64,000 bases of DNA, taken from positions 1,747,674 through 1,811,673 of the forward strand of contig MU057651.1 in the NCBI GenBank assembly GCA_013265495.1, written 5' to 3'. Below are positions 37,477 to 50,925 of this stretch, one piece after another. How positions within the stretch are numbered: position 1 is the stretch's first letter; every line of letters starts with the position of its first letter. Source of the DNA: Vicugna vicugna (lineage: Eukaryota). Position numbers and translations under genes: made by a program. The notes below the pieces were generated by a model. It saw only the letters and a program-made list of their open reading frames with translations. It was not told where the DNA came from and made no database searches.

Positions 37477-38921
37477 GTACGTCCCCGGGGCACCCTCTTC
37501 TGGATGGAGAGGGAGGGCAGACTCCCTCCTGGGGGCTGCAGGATGAGACGTGCGTCTGATCAGCGCTGCGCGCTGCTGTGACAGCTCAGGTTTTGCGTTT
37601 TCTTGGTTTGTTTCGTTGGTTTGGAAGTTCAGTGCTGATAACCTGCTGTTAGTAGCAATGCCTCCCCTCTGGAGTGGTGGCCCACGGCCTGCTCCTGGTG
37701 GGGGGGCCACCAGGGCGCCGCCCTCCCCTCCCCTGCACTTGCTCCCGTCCTGCGGCCCTGCTGGTTGCCGTCTCAGAATCCAGGTCTCCATCAGAAATGG
37801 CCACGTACCAGTCAGGCTGGGTGGGTTTGGGGGGCGGGGTGCCCTGTTTATTCCCTGTCTGGTCTGGAGCGGGACTCTGTGCTCTGTACCTCAGATGCCG
37901 GCTGGGTCCGGGCGGCCCCGGGGCCCAGGGCCGCGTGCCCCTTCTGACCTTAGGTGTGCTGCAAGGTTCTGCCACTACTAGTGCCCGACAGGATGCCTCC
38001 GTTGTGAAAAGGATGGCATTGTCTGTGGTCGCCGTTGGAAGATGGCTGATGGGCGCATTTCTGAGCCCGGGTGGGTGCACTGCACGTTGGATCATTGCGA
38101 GGCCGCGTCGTCCTTCACCCGTCGGAGTTACTCAGGATGTGAACAAGCTGTGCCGGCGTGGACCCCTCGGGACCCTGAGTTCGGAAGCTCCCGGGCCGAG
38201 ACCCGGGGAGGATTTGTGAACTTTCCCGGGAGACTCTGACGAGGAGGCGGTCAGAACTGCCGACGTGGGTGCCTCGGGGTGGGTCCGGGAAGCAGGAGGA
38301 GTAAGGGAGCATGTTTCCTGGCAGAGTGAGAACAGACCCCTGGAAGGCAGAAGCGTGGAGGGGTGCACGCTCAGCAGGGCAAGGGGAGCTGTCGAGCAGA
38401 AAAGATTCAAATTCGGTGATTTCCCGCCGCTTGGACACACCTGAGCTCCCTTCTTCCAGACTGAGGGCTCTCAGCACCTGGGAAGCCCCCCACGGCCCGC
38501 TCCCATCAGTGAGCACCCCGCAGAGGCCTGCCTTGCTCATTTGCACCCCTGCCAGTCCCTGCCTGGTGCTTTTGGAAACTATGTAGATTATATGCTACAG
38601 TGTAGACCCTGGAGTGTCTCCCTGTGTTTTCTCATCATCTCTGTTGTGTTAAAAACATTATCTATTTGTCCAGTGGTGATTTCAGGTGTGGGGGGAGAAA
38701 AAAGCCAAGAAAAGATCTGAGAGCACTTGGGTCCGGCAGTGGATGTTTCATTGTATTTTTTTTTTATTTTAAAATAGTTTAAGACTTGCAAGAAGTAGCA
38801 GGCAGCTCCTATGTCCCCTTCACCCAGCGACGCCGTGATCATATAAGAATATATTGCATGACAATGTGACACTGAGAAAGCCAGGAAATTGATGTTGGCA
38901 CAACACTGTCTTTGTGACCTG

Positions 38922-39112
38922 ATTTTTTTTATTGAATTGTAGTCAGTTTATTTTTTTAATTTTTTAATTTTTAAAATTTTTCTGTGGATTTATAATCATT
39001 TTACCATGCTGTGTCAAATGCCAGTGCAGGGCACAATTTTTTCAGTTATACGTGAACAAACATACGTTCATCGTCGCATTCTTTTTCGCCGTGAGCCACC
39101 GCAGGATCTTGT
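38922..39112 (-). mobile_element. L1 3' tail(s), different subfamily from most copies
   Basis: tgtgtcaaatgccagtgcagggcacaattttttcagttatacgtgaaca, homologous to 47761-47838. Confidence 0.7.
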
Positions 39113-39759
39113 CTGCGCTCTTTCAGTTATTAAAATATCGACACATGACAGTTTGCAGAAGTGGAGATTCACTTGGAAGCTCAAATGCGCCAGAATGCAA
39201 AGCACGAGGAAGAACGGAGAAGCGAGCAGCTCTGATTTAGAGCAAATAAATTAGAGTTGAAAATTAAACTTGTGTTCGTCTGACAGACACTGGTTAAGTC
39301 TGTTGCGCCAAGCGTCGTGCAAAGGGCTTGCATTTAATTCTTGTACATAATCCAGCGTACGCCATAGGTGTGTGGCGTTTGGGTCCTTTGGCGTGTCCCC
39401 GACTTGATTGCATTCCTGTCTGCTAAAAGCGCTTAGATGAGTTGATTTTTTTTTTATTCTATGACTCACCATTTGTCCGTCTAGCACAAAATAGTCATGA
39501 ATAATGACTTCATCATTCATCAGATTGAAAAGTCGTCCTGGTTCGGTGTCCGTCCACATCACTAGCAGGCACACGCGCGTTTCCCTGGCGTGAAGGGGTG
39601 AACACTGAGTCTGTGAGGTGATCAGTCCCCAGGATGGCGGAACTGGGGCGCGTGGACCACGGCTCGTCCTTGAAGCCCGTGTCTTCTGTTCGGGTGACCC
39701 GTGAGCCGCCTCTCTGTCTGGATTCTTCCCGTCCCATTAACTCTGACTTCTCTCTCCAG

Positions 39760-39952
39760 GCGTCCCCCTGCCATGCAGGGCACAGTCACGTTTTCTAAGG
39801 ACATAGACGTTGAAAAGGAGCAAATGAGGGTGTTGAAAGGGAGAACCGAAGGAGACATCCTCGTGTTGTGCAACCTCAGTAAAAGTTACAGAAGCTTTTG
39901 CAGGAGAACCACCGCTGTGCAGGACGTGAGCTTGGGCATACGGAGAGGGGAG
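39760..39952 (+). CDS. ABCA13: ABCA13 exon 12/17 ([64 protein letters not shown]; start of NBD2)
   Basis: tctctccag|G ... GAG|gtaaaa; 193 nt, phase 2 to 0; 'D.DV..E..R' and 'L.K.Y...AV...LG...GE'. Confidence 0.95.
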
Positions 39953-41081
39953 GTAAAAACGCTTCTCTCTGCTACTTTCCTGCTGCACAACCGCGTTCCT
40001 CTCATTGTTGACCTGCTACTGTTCGTCTCAGAGTCCTTGAAATCAGAGCTAAAAGCAGCCTTCACGTTTCAGGAATTTCTGCAGAATCCGAGTAGAGAGT
40101 CAGTCGGCTCTTTCCCACTGCAAACTTTGCTGGTTGACGGGGTTTATTCCATTTCATAAATTTTTTTTTAAATGCAAGTGATTGAGGAGTTTTAATGATT
40201 GTTTGGGCTAGGGGATGATTTTTCTATCGAGTACAAATATTTTATAAAATCCAACTAATTAAGGAAACCACATCGAACTCTGGCTTGGGTGTCAGTCCCC
40301 TCTAAGTGGCCACTTCAGCCCATCTAGTAAAATGCTGTTCTGCAGAGGTAAACACTCTCACACCCTGTAATAATAACTCAGAATTTTTTTTTCATGAATA
40401 CGACATTAATTCTAGCAGAAATATGCAATCTGAATGGGACAGGAGTCATATAAATCATTCCTGACTTGTGCTTCATGCACGGAGGAACATCGTTCTGGAA
40501 ATGATTAACTTGAGTTAACTTTTAAAAATAAAAGAGTACCTTGCAGTCACATTGTTCCAAGCTTCTGGGAAATTCAAATTAGGCCATGTGGTCCCTCTGC
40601 TGTGAGCGGAGAACCGGCATTTCAGAGCTGAGTATCATTAGGTAAAGAGAAGCCGAGAGATTGCACTGAGTCCATCCAGGAATCCCCTTGCACCCTGCAC
40701 AGAGCTGTGTGCTCAGAGAGGACAGGATGCTGAAGTTTTTGTTTTTGTTTTTTTTTAATAGTTTACTACCCAACTTTAAAACCAGCTACGCACCCTTCAC
40801 CACCCTATTGAGCTATTTTTTTTAACCTTTGCTTTAAAAAAATAATCTTTAGTTTTGCCACTGCCTCTCCGTGGTAATTTTAAACTCAAGGGGTAAGAGA
40901 AAAACTTGGAAACCTTCGTAAGAGAGGTCCTCCAGGTGTGTGAAATGGCCCAAGATGCCAGTCACATCGGGGTTCTCCTTGCTAGACGTTTTCTCAGCAT
41001 CTCAGTTTAATTGCCAAGATGGGATGGAAGGACCCGCAGAAGAGACAGAGATGGCTCAGATGTGCCCCTGTCCCTCCAGGA

Positions 41082-41394
41082 ATGAACACTTGTGTAAGAT
41101 CTGCAAAACAGAAATGGACTCACAGACTTAATAAACAATCTTATGGTTGCCGGGGAAAGGGGGTGGGAAGGAATGCATTTGGGAGTTTGAGATTTACAAA
41201 TGTTAGCCACTATATATAAAAATAGATTAAAAATTTTTTTCTACTGTGTAGCACAGGGAACTATGTTCAATATCTTGTAATAACCGTTAATGAAAAAAAA
41301 TATGAGAACAAATATATGTATGTATCTGCATGGCTGGGACATTGTGCTGAGCACCAGGAACAGACACTGACTGCACTTCAATTAAAAAAAATAA
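41082..41394 (+). mobile_element. L1 3'-UTR fragment
   Basis: aaaacagaaatggactcacagac...ctactgtgtagcacagggaactat...gactgcacttcaattaaaaaaa. Confidence 0.85.
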
Positions 41395-42435
41395 TTGTGT
41401 AAGAAATGGAAGGGCATACACATGTACCCTGTTCCATAGCAGCATGAGACGGGGCAAGGGGGAAGGACCCCCGAGTGGACCAGCGTGGACGGAGCTGTAA
41501 GTCCACACAGGGTGGCCGGGCAGGAGGAGGCAGGGAGGTAGCTTTATTAAAAAGAAAGGTTCAGATTGAAGAATAGAGAGTCTGGCAAGGGAGATGCCGT
41601 TGGACCTTGCACAGCCAGCTCAGGTGTGTTTCTCCGCCCCGGGGGTGACCGGGGCAGGGTGGGTCTGGGGCAGAATGGGCCCGTGCATCCGTCGAAGGAG
41701 GATGAACATGCATAGGGAAGCAGGTGCGGATTCACGGAAGCGGCGGGCATCCAAGGCACAAAATCGGGTTCCGTGATGCCTAGGTGGGTGTCGCGCCAGG
41801 AGGTCCAGGCGCAAATGTGCTTCTAGGACTCAAGGAGCCAGGAAGCCAGCATGTTGGTAGCCGGCGGTGCCCGGGCATCAGGCCAGGTGTCCTGGGAGAA
41901 TTACTGGACAGTTTCAGCTCTGGCTGCAGGATCTCCAGCTGAGAACGTCCTGGGGCACAGGAGACAGACGAGGTCTACCGAAGAGAGGCAGATGCTGAGA
42001 ATATTTTGAAGAAGTGCTTTAAACCATGCAAGAAAGTCAGGGGCATAAAAAGGACTATGATGCTGTGACTTCCAAAAAAAAATATTATGTTTGTCAAACG
42101 GGCTTCGTTAGGAGCTTGCTGGACTGGCTTCAGGTAGGGCAGGACATCTCAGCATAATTCGCGGTGTTTCGCATTTACGCCGTCCCCTTCTCTTGAATTT
42201 TCCAGGCTTGAATTTACTTGTCCGTGAATTAATGCTGAAACTGTTAACACGACTTTAATACCACCCAATTTCAGAAATAATAACAATGCGCATTTCTTTA
42301 AAAAATTTTTTTTCAAGTTCAAAAGTCCTTTGTGAGCCAGAAAGTCCTTTATTTTGGACTGTGAAAGTCTGCAAATAACCCAGACCCCAAGTAGCAACTC
42401 AGCATTGGCTGAAAGCAAGTGTGTCTCTGATAGAA

Positions 42436-42974
42436 TTTTTTTTTAATCGAAGTGCAGTCAGTTACAGTGTGTTCATTTCTGGTGCACAGCACAATGTCCC
42501 AATCACGCATAGACATACATATATTCATTCTCATATTTTTTTGCATTAAGAGTTATTACAAGATATTGATCATAGTTCCCTGTGCTACACAGTAGAAAAA
42601 ATTTTAAAATCTATCTGTATATGTAGTGGCTAACATTTGTAAATCTCAGACTCCCAAATTTATCCCTTCCCTCCCCCTTTCCCCAGTAACCATCAGCTTG
42701 TTTACTATGTCTGTGAGTCTGTTTCTGTTTTGTAGATGAGTTCATAAGGGTTTCTTTTTGTTTGTTTGTTTAGATCCACATATGAATGATATCACATGGT
42801 ATTTTTCTTTCTTTCTGTCTTACTTCACTTAGAATGATGATCTCCAGGTCCATCCATGTAGCTGCAAATGGCATTACTTTATCCTTTTTCATGTCTAAGT
42901 AGTACTCCATTGTATAAATACACCGCATCTTCTTTATCCAGTCATCTGTTGGTGAACATTTAGGTGTTTCCATG
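42436..42974 (-). mobile_element. L1 fragment (ORF2 C-terminus plus 3'UTR)
   Basis: Minus-strand ORF 42770-42973 PKCSPTDDWIKKMRCIYTMEYY...PFAATWMDLEIIILSEV is the L1 ORF2 end; poly-T at 42436. Confidence 0.9.
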
Positions 42975-43019
42975 TGATGTAATCTTGCTTTTATTGTTTA
43001 CCTTGTTTTCCCCTTTCAG

Positions 43020-43129
43020 TGCTTTGGGCTCCTAGGGGTGAACGGAGCTGGGAAGACCACCACGTTCAAAATGCTGAATGGCGACACCCCTCCGACCTCC
43101 GGACACGCCGTCATCAGGACACCCATGGG
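43020..43129 (+). CDS. ABCA13: ABCA13 exon 13/17 ([37 protein letters not shown]; Walker A)
   Basis: ccctttcag|TGC ... ATGGG|gtaaag; 110 nt, phase 0 to 2; P-loop GVNGAGKT. Confidence 0.97.
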
Positions 43130-43933
43130 GTAAAGTCCAGATTTAATCGTTTTTGCTGCTTATTGAGATAACTGTCAGCCCATAGAGCCCCCAGCATCCC
43201 TCAGTCCCATGAACTAGGGTCTGAGGGTGTCATCGGCCTCCAAATGCACCTTCCAAGGAGCACTCCTCAAAAGAGGATGGAATGTGAATGAAATGAACTT
43301 GGTATTTCTGGCCAAAGGGTCGAGGAAGTGTTGGCAAGAAGCAGCCAAGGGCTGACCCCTTTCAGGGGCACCGGGTGGGCTTCAGGTGTCCAGCTGCTCC
43401 CTGCGTTGCGTAGCTCAGGTGAGCAGGAAGCGGCCGGGGGCTGGTTCTTTCTGCGTTTTGCTGTCAGGTGGAGCATCCAGTGCCTCACTGACATGGAGGT
43501 GGCGGCAGGGGTTGGATGCTCTCATGTGTCTGGCCACCCAGACCTCGTCTTTCGGGTGGTAGAGCAATTCTCCAGCTCCTCCTCCACAAGCCACCTGCGT
43601 GCGTCCTAATACTGTACTTGTTCCCATGTTCCATCCTATATCCCACTTTTCTTATTTGCATTTCCCTACGAGAAGGTCCCAGCATAGATTTTTTTTTTTG
43701 CATCCTTTTTTAAATTGAAGTAAAGTCAATTTACAATGTTGTGTCGGTTTCTGGTGCGCAGCATCGAGTTTCAGTCACACACCCAGCATTACATCTTTTC
43801 TCTTTGTCCTACTGTAGTGAATTCACAGTAACTTGGTAAGAGATTTCAGGACTGTGTTGTTGAACTCAGACAGAGAAAGCTCCATGCCTGCTGTTCACTC
43901 TCTGAAGGTCATTGTAGAAACAGAACTTAGGGG

Positions 43934-44445
43934 TGAAGAAGCTGCGGCATACTTATATAATGGAATACTACTCAGCCATGAAAAATAACGAAATAATGCC
44001 ATTTGCAGCAACATGGGTGGACCTGGAGATCATCATTCTAAGTGAAGTAAGCCAGACAGAGAAAGACAAATATCATATGATATCACTCACATGCAGACTC
44101 TAAAGAAAAAGGTAAGAAGAGGACACTATGAACTCATCTACGAAACAGAAACAGACTTGCAGACATAGTAAACAATCTTACGGTTACTGGGGGAGAAGGC
44201 AGTGGGAAGGGATAGATTGGGAGTTCGAGAGTTTCAAACATTACTATATATAAAAATATAAATAAAAACAAATGTCTTCTGTAGAGCACAAGGAACTATA
44301 TTCAATACCTTATAATAACCTTTAATGGAAAAAGAATATGAAAATGAATATATGTATGTATCTGCATGACTGGGACGGTGTGCTGTGCACCAGAAACCGA
44401 CACGTTGTTAACTGACGGTAATTCAGATAAAAAATTTTTTTTTAA
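43934..44445 (+). mobile_element. L1 fragment (ORF2 C-terminus plus 3'UTR)
   Basis: aatggaatactactcagccatgaaaa...gccatttgcagcaacatgggtggacctggagat...agcacaaggaactatattcaatac. Confidence 0.9.
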
Positions 44446-46964
44446 AAAGGTCAATATTTGGAACTAATTGTGCTCAAGAACAGAAAGTGGAATTAATCAG
44501 TGGAGTGAGTGAGTGAGGCATGTGGGAATAGAGTTGTATATCCCAGGACATTCTGAAAGGGAGTCACGCCGAGTGCAGTTGATGCTCTCTCGACTGTTAC
44601 GTTGTGGATTTTTCTCCGTCGTTGGACAAGTAAGAAGGTGTTTTTGCTGAAGTGTGGTGCTTTTATTTCTCTCCTGACCTCTCCACTGACAAATACCTCT
44701 GGACAAAAACATCAGAATTTGAAAAGAAAACAAAAGTAGATGGTTTATTCTCTCACCCCTGGAAGGCTTTCTCATCCCATTCCGTCATTTGTAAAAGAAT
44801 TGGAAAATGAAATTCAAATAGCCGCTCTGGAGAGGAAGGATACATTTACATCCTCATCATGGTCTGGAAGACCCTTATTATGCTACGCATCCGTGTAATT
44901 AGTTTAATTATAACGAAATCACACTTGCATTAATTATATTTTTAACCCTGATTATTTGTAATGTTAATTGCGCATTGGTATTCAGGGGATTAGACGGGTA
45001 ATTAGGACACAATGGAATTTTTAACGACTCAGCCAGTCGGTATATACCTCTCTGCCCCGGGGCTCCTCACGTCCTACCACTTAATTGAAACCCGTCAGGT
45101 CGGTCACTCGTTCTATTAGAGTTTCCCTCGCCTTTCCTTTGAGGCTCTGTTATCAGAACAGCTGTCTTGTTTACATTGTTGCTTTTGACGAATGTCTATT
45201 CTGAAACGTGAGGATGAGCTGTGCCCAAAGAGCTTGTTTCCAAACGGATCGTTGCCGTTTGTTCTGGCGCTACCACGAGCTCCCGCTGCAAGGATGGCGG
45301 CCACAGGTCGGGAGACTGGAGGCCGCAGATCACACGCACTTGCGTTTGGTGAGCCCGGTGCACCAGCTTCACGTTAGGGGCTCGGCTTTCTTGGTCTTGT
45401 CTCATAATTGTTACAACTTTGCGAAGAGGCTGTGATCTTAATTGAACAGATAAGGAATCTGAGATTTGGGGGGACAAAAAAACCACTTTCTAAGATCGGA
45501 AAAGATGGTTCTTGAAATTAACAACAAAACATAATTGCTGGATTAAAAATACATAATTTACAGCTTATGCAAAATACATGAAAGGGAAATGAAGAGCTAC
45601 GAAGGCTGGGCAGGGAAGCCCAGCACATGTTTAATTAGATTTGTGAGCAATGGAACAGAGACAAGGGAATCAAGTGTCCACTTGAAGACGTGATAGCTAA
45701 GAATTCTCCAGTATTGCGAAAAAAGATGACTCTTCAGTCTGAAGATGTCCATACCTGGACGTTTTGTAGTGAAAACTGCAGAATTCCGAACACAAACAAA
45801 AGAGGAGGCGAGGAGACACGTCAGAGGTGTGCAGATGTGTTTGCAGCGGCTCCGAACAGTCCCTTCTAAGCTCCAACGGAAATAAACTGAGCGATGCATC
45901 TAATTTCTCTGCGGCACCAGCAACGTTTCAGGAGCGTTCCGGCCTCTCCTGTTTCAGGCAGCACACGTGCAGGGCAGCCCCCTGACTGCAGGAGTCCCGT
46001 CGGCCAGTGCTGATTAAGCCACAGGCCCCTTCTGAGCAGCACGGATACGCACAGAAATGATGAAATAAATGCGTGATTGAGAAAGCTGGACTTTTTTCTT
46101 TTCGGACAGGTCAACCACTGTTACATCGCAGTAGGGAATTCGAGATCATTCCTTTTTCCTTCCTGTGTTTTTCGACTCTTGTATCACGACAGTGTGTGAA
46201 ACTGCCAGATAATTAAATAATAAGCGATACAAAAACTCAAGGATTCCTTTTCACGTTTCAGGCCGGCATTTTTGGAGCCTGCGCGGTTTGAATGTGTACC
46301 AGGGGGGCAGGATTTTTCCCCCTTAGCTTCCTCCTGTCTTGAATGATCACCGTCAGAGGATTCATGTGAGCAGTAACTGTTAAGTGCTGTTCCACCATCA
46401 AATTGCTAAGTGTTATGTGCACAGCATTTAGGAATTTATATACAGATTCCTCTGCCTCATTTAAACCACTGAAATACCAATATAAAAAAAGACATAGAGC
46501 CCATTTATGGCTTGTAAAAGCCTTCTCTTCCTTTAGACTTACAGGAGTCACAGACGGGAGTAATTTGAATCATAACCTCCCCAACTAGGAATTACTGAAA
46601 AATGTATCTCTGTTTTAAATTAAATGGCAATTTAACTGCACTGATATAGAGTTAGGGGAGCAATGAATGAAACCCCTCTATAATTTCATAGTAAAGTTAT
46701 TTTGATTCTTGAAGTCCCAGTTTTGGAAAAAAATCTATATATCTTTATATATATATATACATATGCATATGTACATAAATACACTGTTGTGATAGCAGTA
46801 TTATTTTCATTCATTTAACCTGCTGTTTGATTTACATTGTATTGGATTTTTCAGGACTGCCACACAGACTTCGTATCAATGCCTGCCTCACGTCCTGTTG
46901 GTTTCCACACCAGCATATAATGAGCCATGTCGCTATCACACAGTTTTATTCTTTGTTTTTTTGT

Positions 46965-47585
46965 AAACGTACATATATGATTTCAGATTCTTTTCCATTA
47001 TAGCTTGTTACGAGGTATTGAATAGAGTTCCCTGTGCTGTACAGTAGGACCTTGTTGTTTATCCACTTTATATACAGTAGTGTGTACCTGCAAATCTCAA
47101 ACTCCTAATTTATCCCTCCCCCCTTTTCCCTTTGGTAACCATAAGTTTTTTTACTGTGTCCAACAGTCTATTTTTGGTTTGTAAATAAAATTTGTATCTT
47201 TTTTTTAGATTCCACATATAAGTGATATCATATGATATTTGTCTTTCTCTGTCTGACTTATTTCACGTAGTATAATGATCTCCAGGTCCACCCATGTTGT
47301 TGCAAATGGCAGTATTTTATTCTTTTTCATGGCTGAGTAGTATTCCATTGTATAAATATACCACAGCTTCTTTACCCAGTCATCTGTCAATGGACATTTA
47401 GGTTGTTTCCATGTCTTGGCTGTTGTAAATAGTGCTGCTGTGAACACTGGGGTGCAGGTGTCTTTTCAAATCAGAGTTTCCTCTGGATATATGCCCAGGA
47501 GTGGGATTGCTGGGTCATAGGGTAAGTCTGCTTTTGAGGAATTTTGAGGAATCTCCATCCTGTTTTCCATAATGGCTGCACCCAA
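46965..47585 (-). mobile_element. L1 fragment (ORF2 C-terminus plus 3'UTR)
   Basis: ORF 47205-47447 FTAALFTTAKTWKQPKCPLTDDWVKKLWYIYTMEYYSA is the L1 ORF2 end. Confidence 0.92.
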
Positions 47586-47699
47586 TTTGAACGAGGGCAT
47601 TGAAAAAAGTGCAATCAGGTTTGATTCTAAGGCTGAGAACTTTCAGTTAGGATTTTCTGAAGAATGAGTTTTTATTGATTTATTTTTATTTTTATTTTT

Positions 47700-47838
47700 T
47701 AATTGTTCTTTGCCTTATTTATTTTTTAAAATTTTTTTTATTGAGTTATAGTCAGTTTATAATGTTGTGTCAAGTTCCAGTGTAGAGCACAATTTTTCAG
47801 TTATACATGAACATATATATATATTCATTGTCACATTG
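47700..47838 (-). mobile_element. L1 3' tail
   Basis: T-rich run, then ttgagttatagtcagtttataatgttgtgtcaagttccagtgtagagcacaatttttcagttatac. Confidence 0.75.
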
Positions 47839-49409
47839 TTTGAGTTTTTAATCAACCATGAGAGACGTAGAGAAGGAACCACTGGCGGGACGAAAGATGG
47901 GGTCTTTATTTTTCTTCTTCTTTGAGAGGAAGCGGTTATACTCAGTCTTACTTTCCCTGTAACACAGACTCTTCTTTCAAAGGGACGAATGCACCATAAC
48001 TCATGTTCTTTTTCCTTTTTCTTCCTAGACAAAACTGTCGAAGGGAAATGTGCAGCCTGAGACAGACAGGGAGAAAGTTGCGATTTTGATATAATTTGTT
48101 CCCTTTGAATGTGCAAGATGATGCCCAAGAGCATGCAGCATAAACAGTGCACATTTGGTATTCGCATCTGTAATGACACTATCACGTTGTGAGCTCCGTG
48201 GAGAATGACGCTGCCGTTTAGCTTTGAGCTGTTACACAGATCAGGAAGGCGTGTATTTTAAAGGCTGCGGGCTTTGTGTGGGAACAACTTTGGTCTAAAG
48301 TATCAGCTTCTGTCTTGCACCCCTTTTATGAGCTGAGTATTTTTTGTGATGTTGCTTTTAGCTTCTGGCATCCTCACTTGAAGTGCTGGAGGGTTTGGCT
48401 GCTGGGAACCCAGCCTTTGTGGGGATTCTGGGTGGGCTCAGGGGAGTTACCTGACACGGGGCTCGTGTCCTGGCGCTGAGGAGCCCAGCTCCCCGACAGT
48501 GCAGTTACCCAGGGTCGGTCGTGAGAGCGGCCCCCACTCGACTGACGGCAGGTGCGGGGTGAGTCAGCGGGGAAGCCGAGCAAGGAGACGTGGACGGTGT
48601 AAGCAAACCATCAAGCATTTTGAAGGCAAACATGCTTAAAATGCTGGCTGGGAAGCAAATCAAACCTGGACCACTGAACACTCTGTTCTTGGTCCTTTCT
48701 GACCTACTGTGGCAGCTTACAAACTGCCTGGCATCCAGAGAAAATTAAACGCCTGAAAGTAAAAAGTGCAACTTCCGTAAACCCTTTTCAAACATTAAAC
48801 CATCGGTTTGGCAAAGGCCTCTCGGAAGGCTCCAGACATTTTATTTAATTTCCAGAATTTCTCGATGTGTTATACCATTAAATACAGGGAAACGTAAGTG
48901 AGTCAGTGGGCTTCGTGATGGAAGCCACTTGAAGTTCATTTTTAGGTCAGACCTTCAGCTGAGAACTGCCTGGCCTTTCCGAGCGGTGCTGGAGCATGAA
49001 GCATGCAGGGTGTTACGACTTTCTTGATCAGGTTGAGCAGCTCCAAGACAAGTGTGGAAACTGAAAAGTAGATGTGGGTGTTTTCTAGGAACACGTGAGT
49101 GTGATGAACAGTGGTTTTGATTTAGAAAATATTTGGTTAGCATCGCGCAGAAATGGGCTGGAAGGTGTCTGTGGGGAGCTTGTCCACTCCTAGGTCCATG
49201 ACAATGAACTCTGGTTTGGCCGTTAAACGCTTGCCTGACTCCAGAGCCTCGTTATCCTCCGACCTCCCTTTTAGGCAGATTTGCATGAGGCCACACCCAC
49301 TCAGTGTCTCCATCTGGATCATAACATAACACCGTTGAAAATGGGTCTCATCCACCTGAACTATGAGGTGCCAGGTTGATCTCTTCTGGATCATTATTTC
49401 CCCAAAATT

Positions 49410-49870
49410 TTAATAAAATCATGCCATTGGCAGCAACACTGATGGACCTGAAGATCGTCATTCTAGGTGACGTAAACCAGAAAGAGAACGAAAAACACCA
49501 TGTGATGTCACTTATATATGGAATCTGAAAAAACAAAAGGACACAAATGAACGTATTGATGAAACAGAAACAGACTCAGACTCACAGACAGAAAAGCTTA
49601 TGGTTATTGGGGGGAAAAGTGGGTGGGGAGGAATACATTGGGAGTTCGGGATTTGCAGATGCTAACTATTACATATAGAAGAGATAAATGACAAGATCTT
49701 AACTGTATAAAACAGACAACAATATTCAATACCCTGTAATGGACTATAATGAAAAATAATATAGAAACATATATATACATCAGTGTATATAATCACTATG
49801 CTGTACGCCAGGAATTAACACAACATTGTAAATCGACTATACTTTAATTAGAAAACTGTTTAAAAAAAGA
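49410..49870 (+). mobile_element. L1 fragment (ORF2 end plus 3'UTR)
   Basis: atcatgccattggcagcaac...gatggacctgaagatcgtcattcta...aacacaacattgtaaatcgactatac. Confidence 0.88.
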
Positions 49871-50774
49871 ATTAACAGCTAGTCACAGAATCAGGTATTT
49901 AAGCTAATAAAATAGAGCTGGGGAAAACCATGCTGTGCTTTGACTTAACACGTCTTTAATGCTCTCTGAGTACCTAGTTCCACAGTGGTTCAGTAGCCCC
50001 GGGCTCCTGCCTGCAAACAGTCTACTAAACCACCCACGTCGATAGACGTCAGTTCTTAATGAAAACTGTGCAACTGAGAGATGCACGCTTTGAGCGGGAG
50101 GTGGTTCGCACTAACAGTAGCCTCCGTAGCAGTCACGATTCCCCAGCAAGGGTTTACATTATTCTCCATCTAGGAAACAGGAATTTTCCTTTCAAAGGGG
50201 TTCTCAAGGATCTTTACAGACTTTATGATTCTGTCTATGTCAGAACACCCTGAAACCCGTCAATGGTTCAAAATAATCGAAATGTTAAACGTGATCGCAG
50301 TGAAGTAGTTTACAGTCTTCCACGGGGAGTATGTCTTAATGTTAAAATTAGAAATAGAACAAGAGTTCTTTTTCTCTTAAGTGCGTACACTTTCCTATAA
50401 TCCTCACCCTGCACTTGGGTAGCGTAACTTCACTTAAAAGGTTAACACTGAAAGATTAGTGGTAGGAATCACCGAATCCTGGGGCCAGGAATTTTTCCTT
50501 TGGGGCCCCCCATTTTTCCATATGTTCAATGACAGATACACAGTCCTGTTATCACAAAAAAGTGATTTTTAAAAATCTGATCCTGAATGATGCTTGAGCC
50601 ATTGATTTATTAGGTGTTCCTGTAAATAGTTACTCATTGATTGGACCCGTTTATGCTAAGTTAACGAACTGCACCGGACACACTGACTTCTTACGATGAG
50701 CCGGATTTAAGAAACGGGCGACGTGTGTTCGGAAAGTCGAATGTTCTGGACGGTGCTGCGGCTTTTCTTTGCAG

Positions 50775-50925
50775 AGAAGACGTGCGTCTGTCTTCGGCTG
50801 GTGCGGCCGGCGTTCGTATCGGCTACTGTCCGCAGCAGGACGCCCTGGACGACTACCTGACCGGCTGGGAGCATCTCCACTATTACTGCTGCCTCCGTGG
50901 GATTCCAAAGCAGTGCATCCCCGAG
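50775..50925 (+). CDS. ABCA13: ABCA13 exon 14/17 ([51 protein letters not shown]-loop)
   Basis: tttctttgcag|A ... GAG|gtgaga; 151 nt, phase 2 to 0; 'GYCPQ.DA....LTG.EHL' motif. Confidence 0.96.

Noticed and set aside
47205..47447. ORFs with MEYYSA/WMDLE motifs as genes (also 27269-27610, 42770-42973, 55379-55711)
   Set aside because: They are C-terminal remnants of L1 ORF2 in 5'-truncated copies. No full-length L1 is present.
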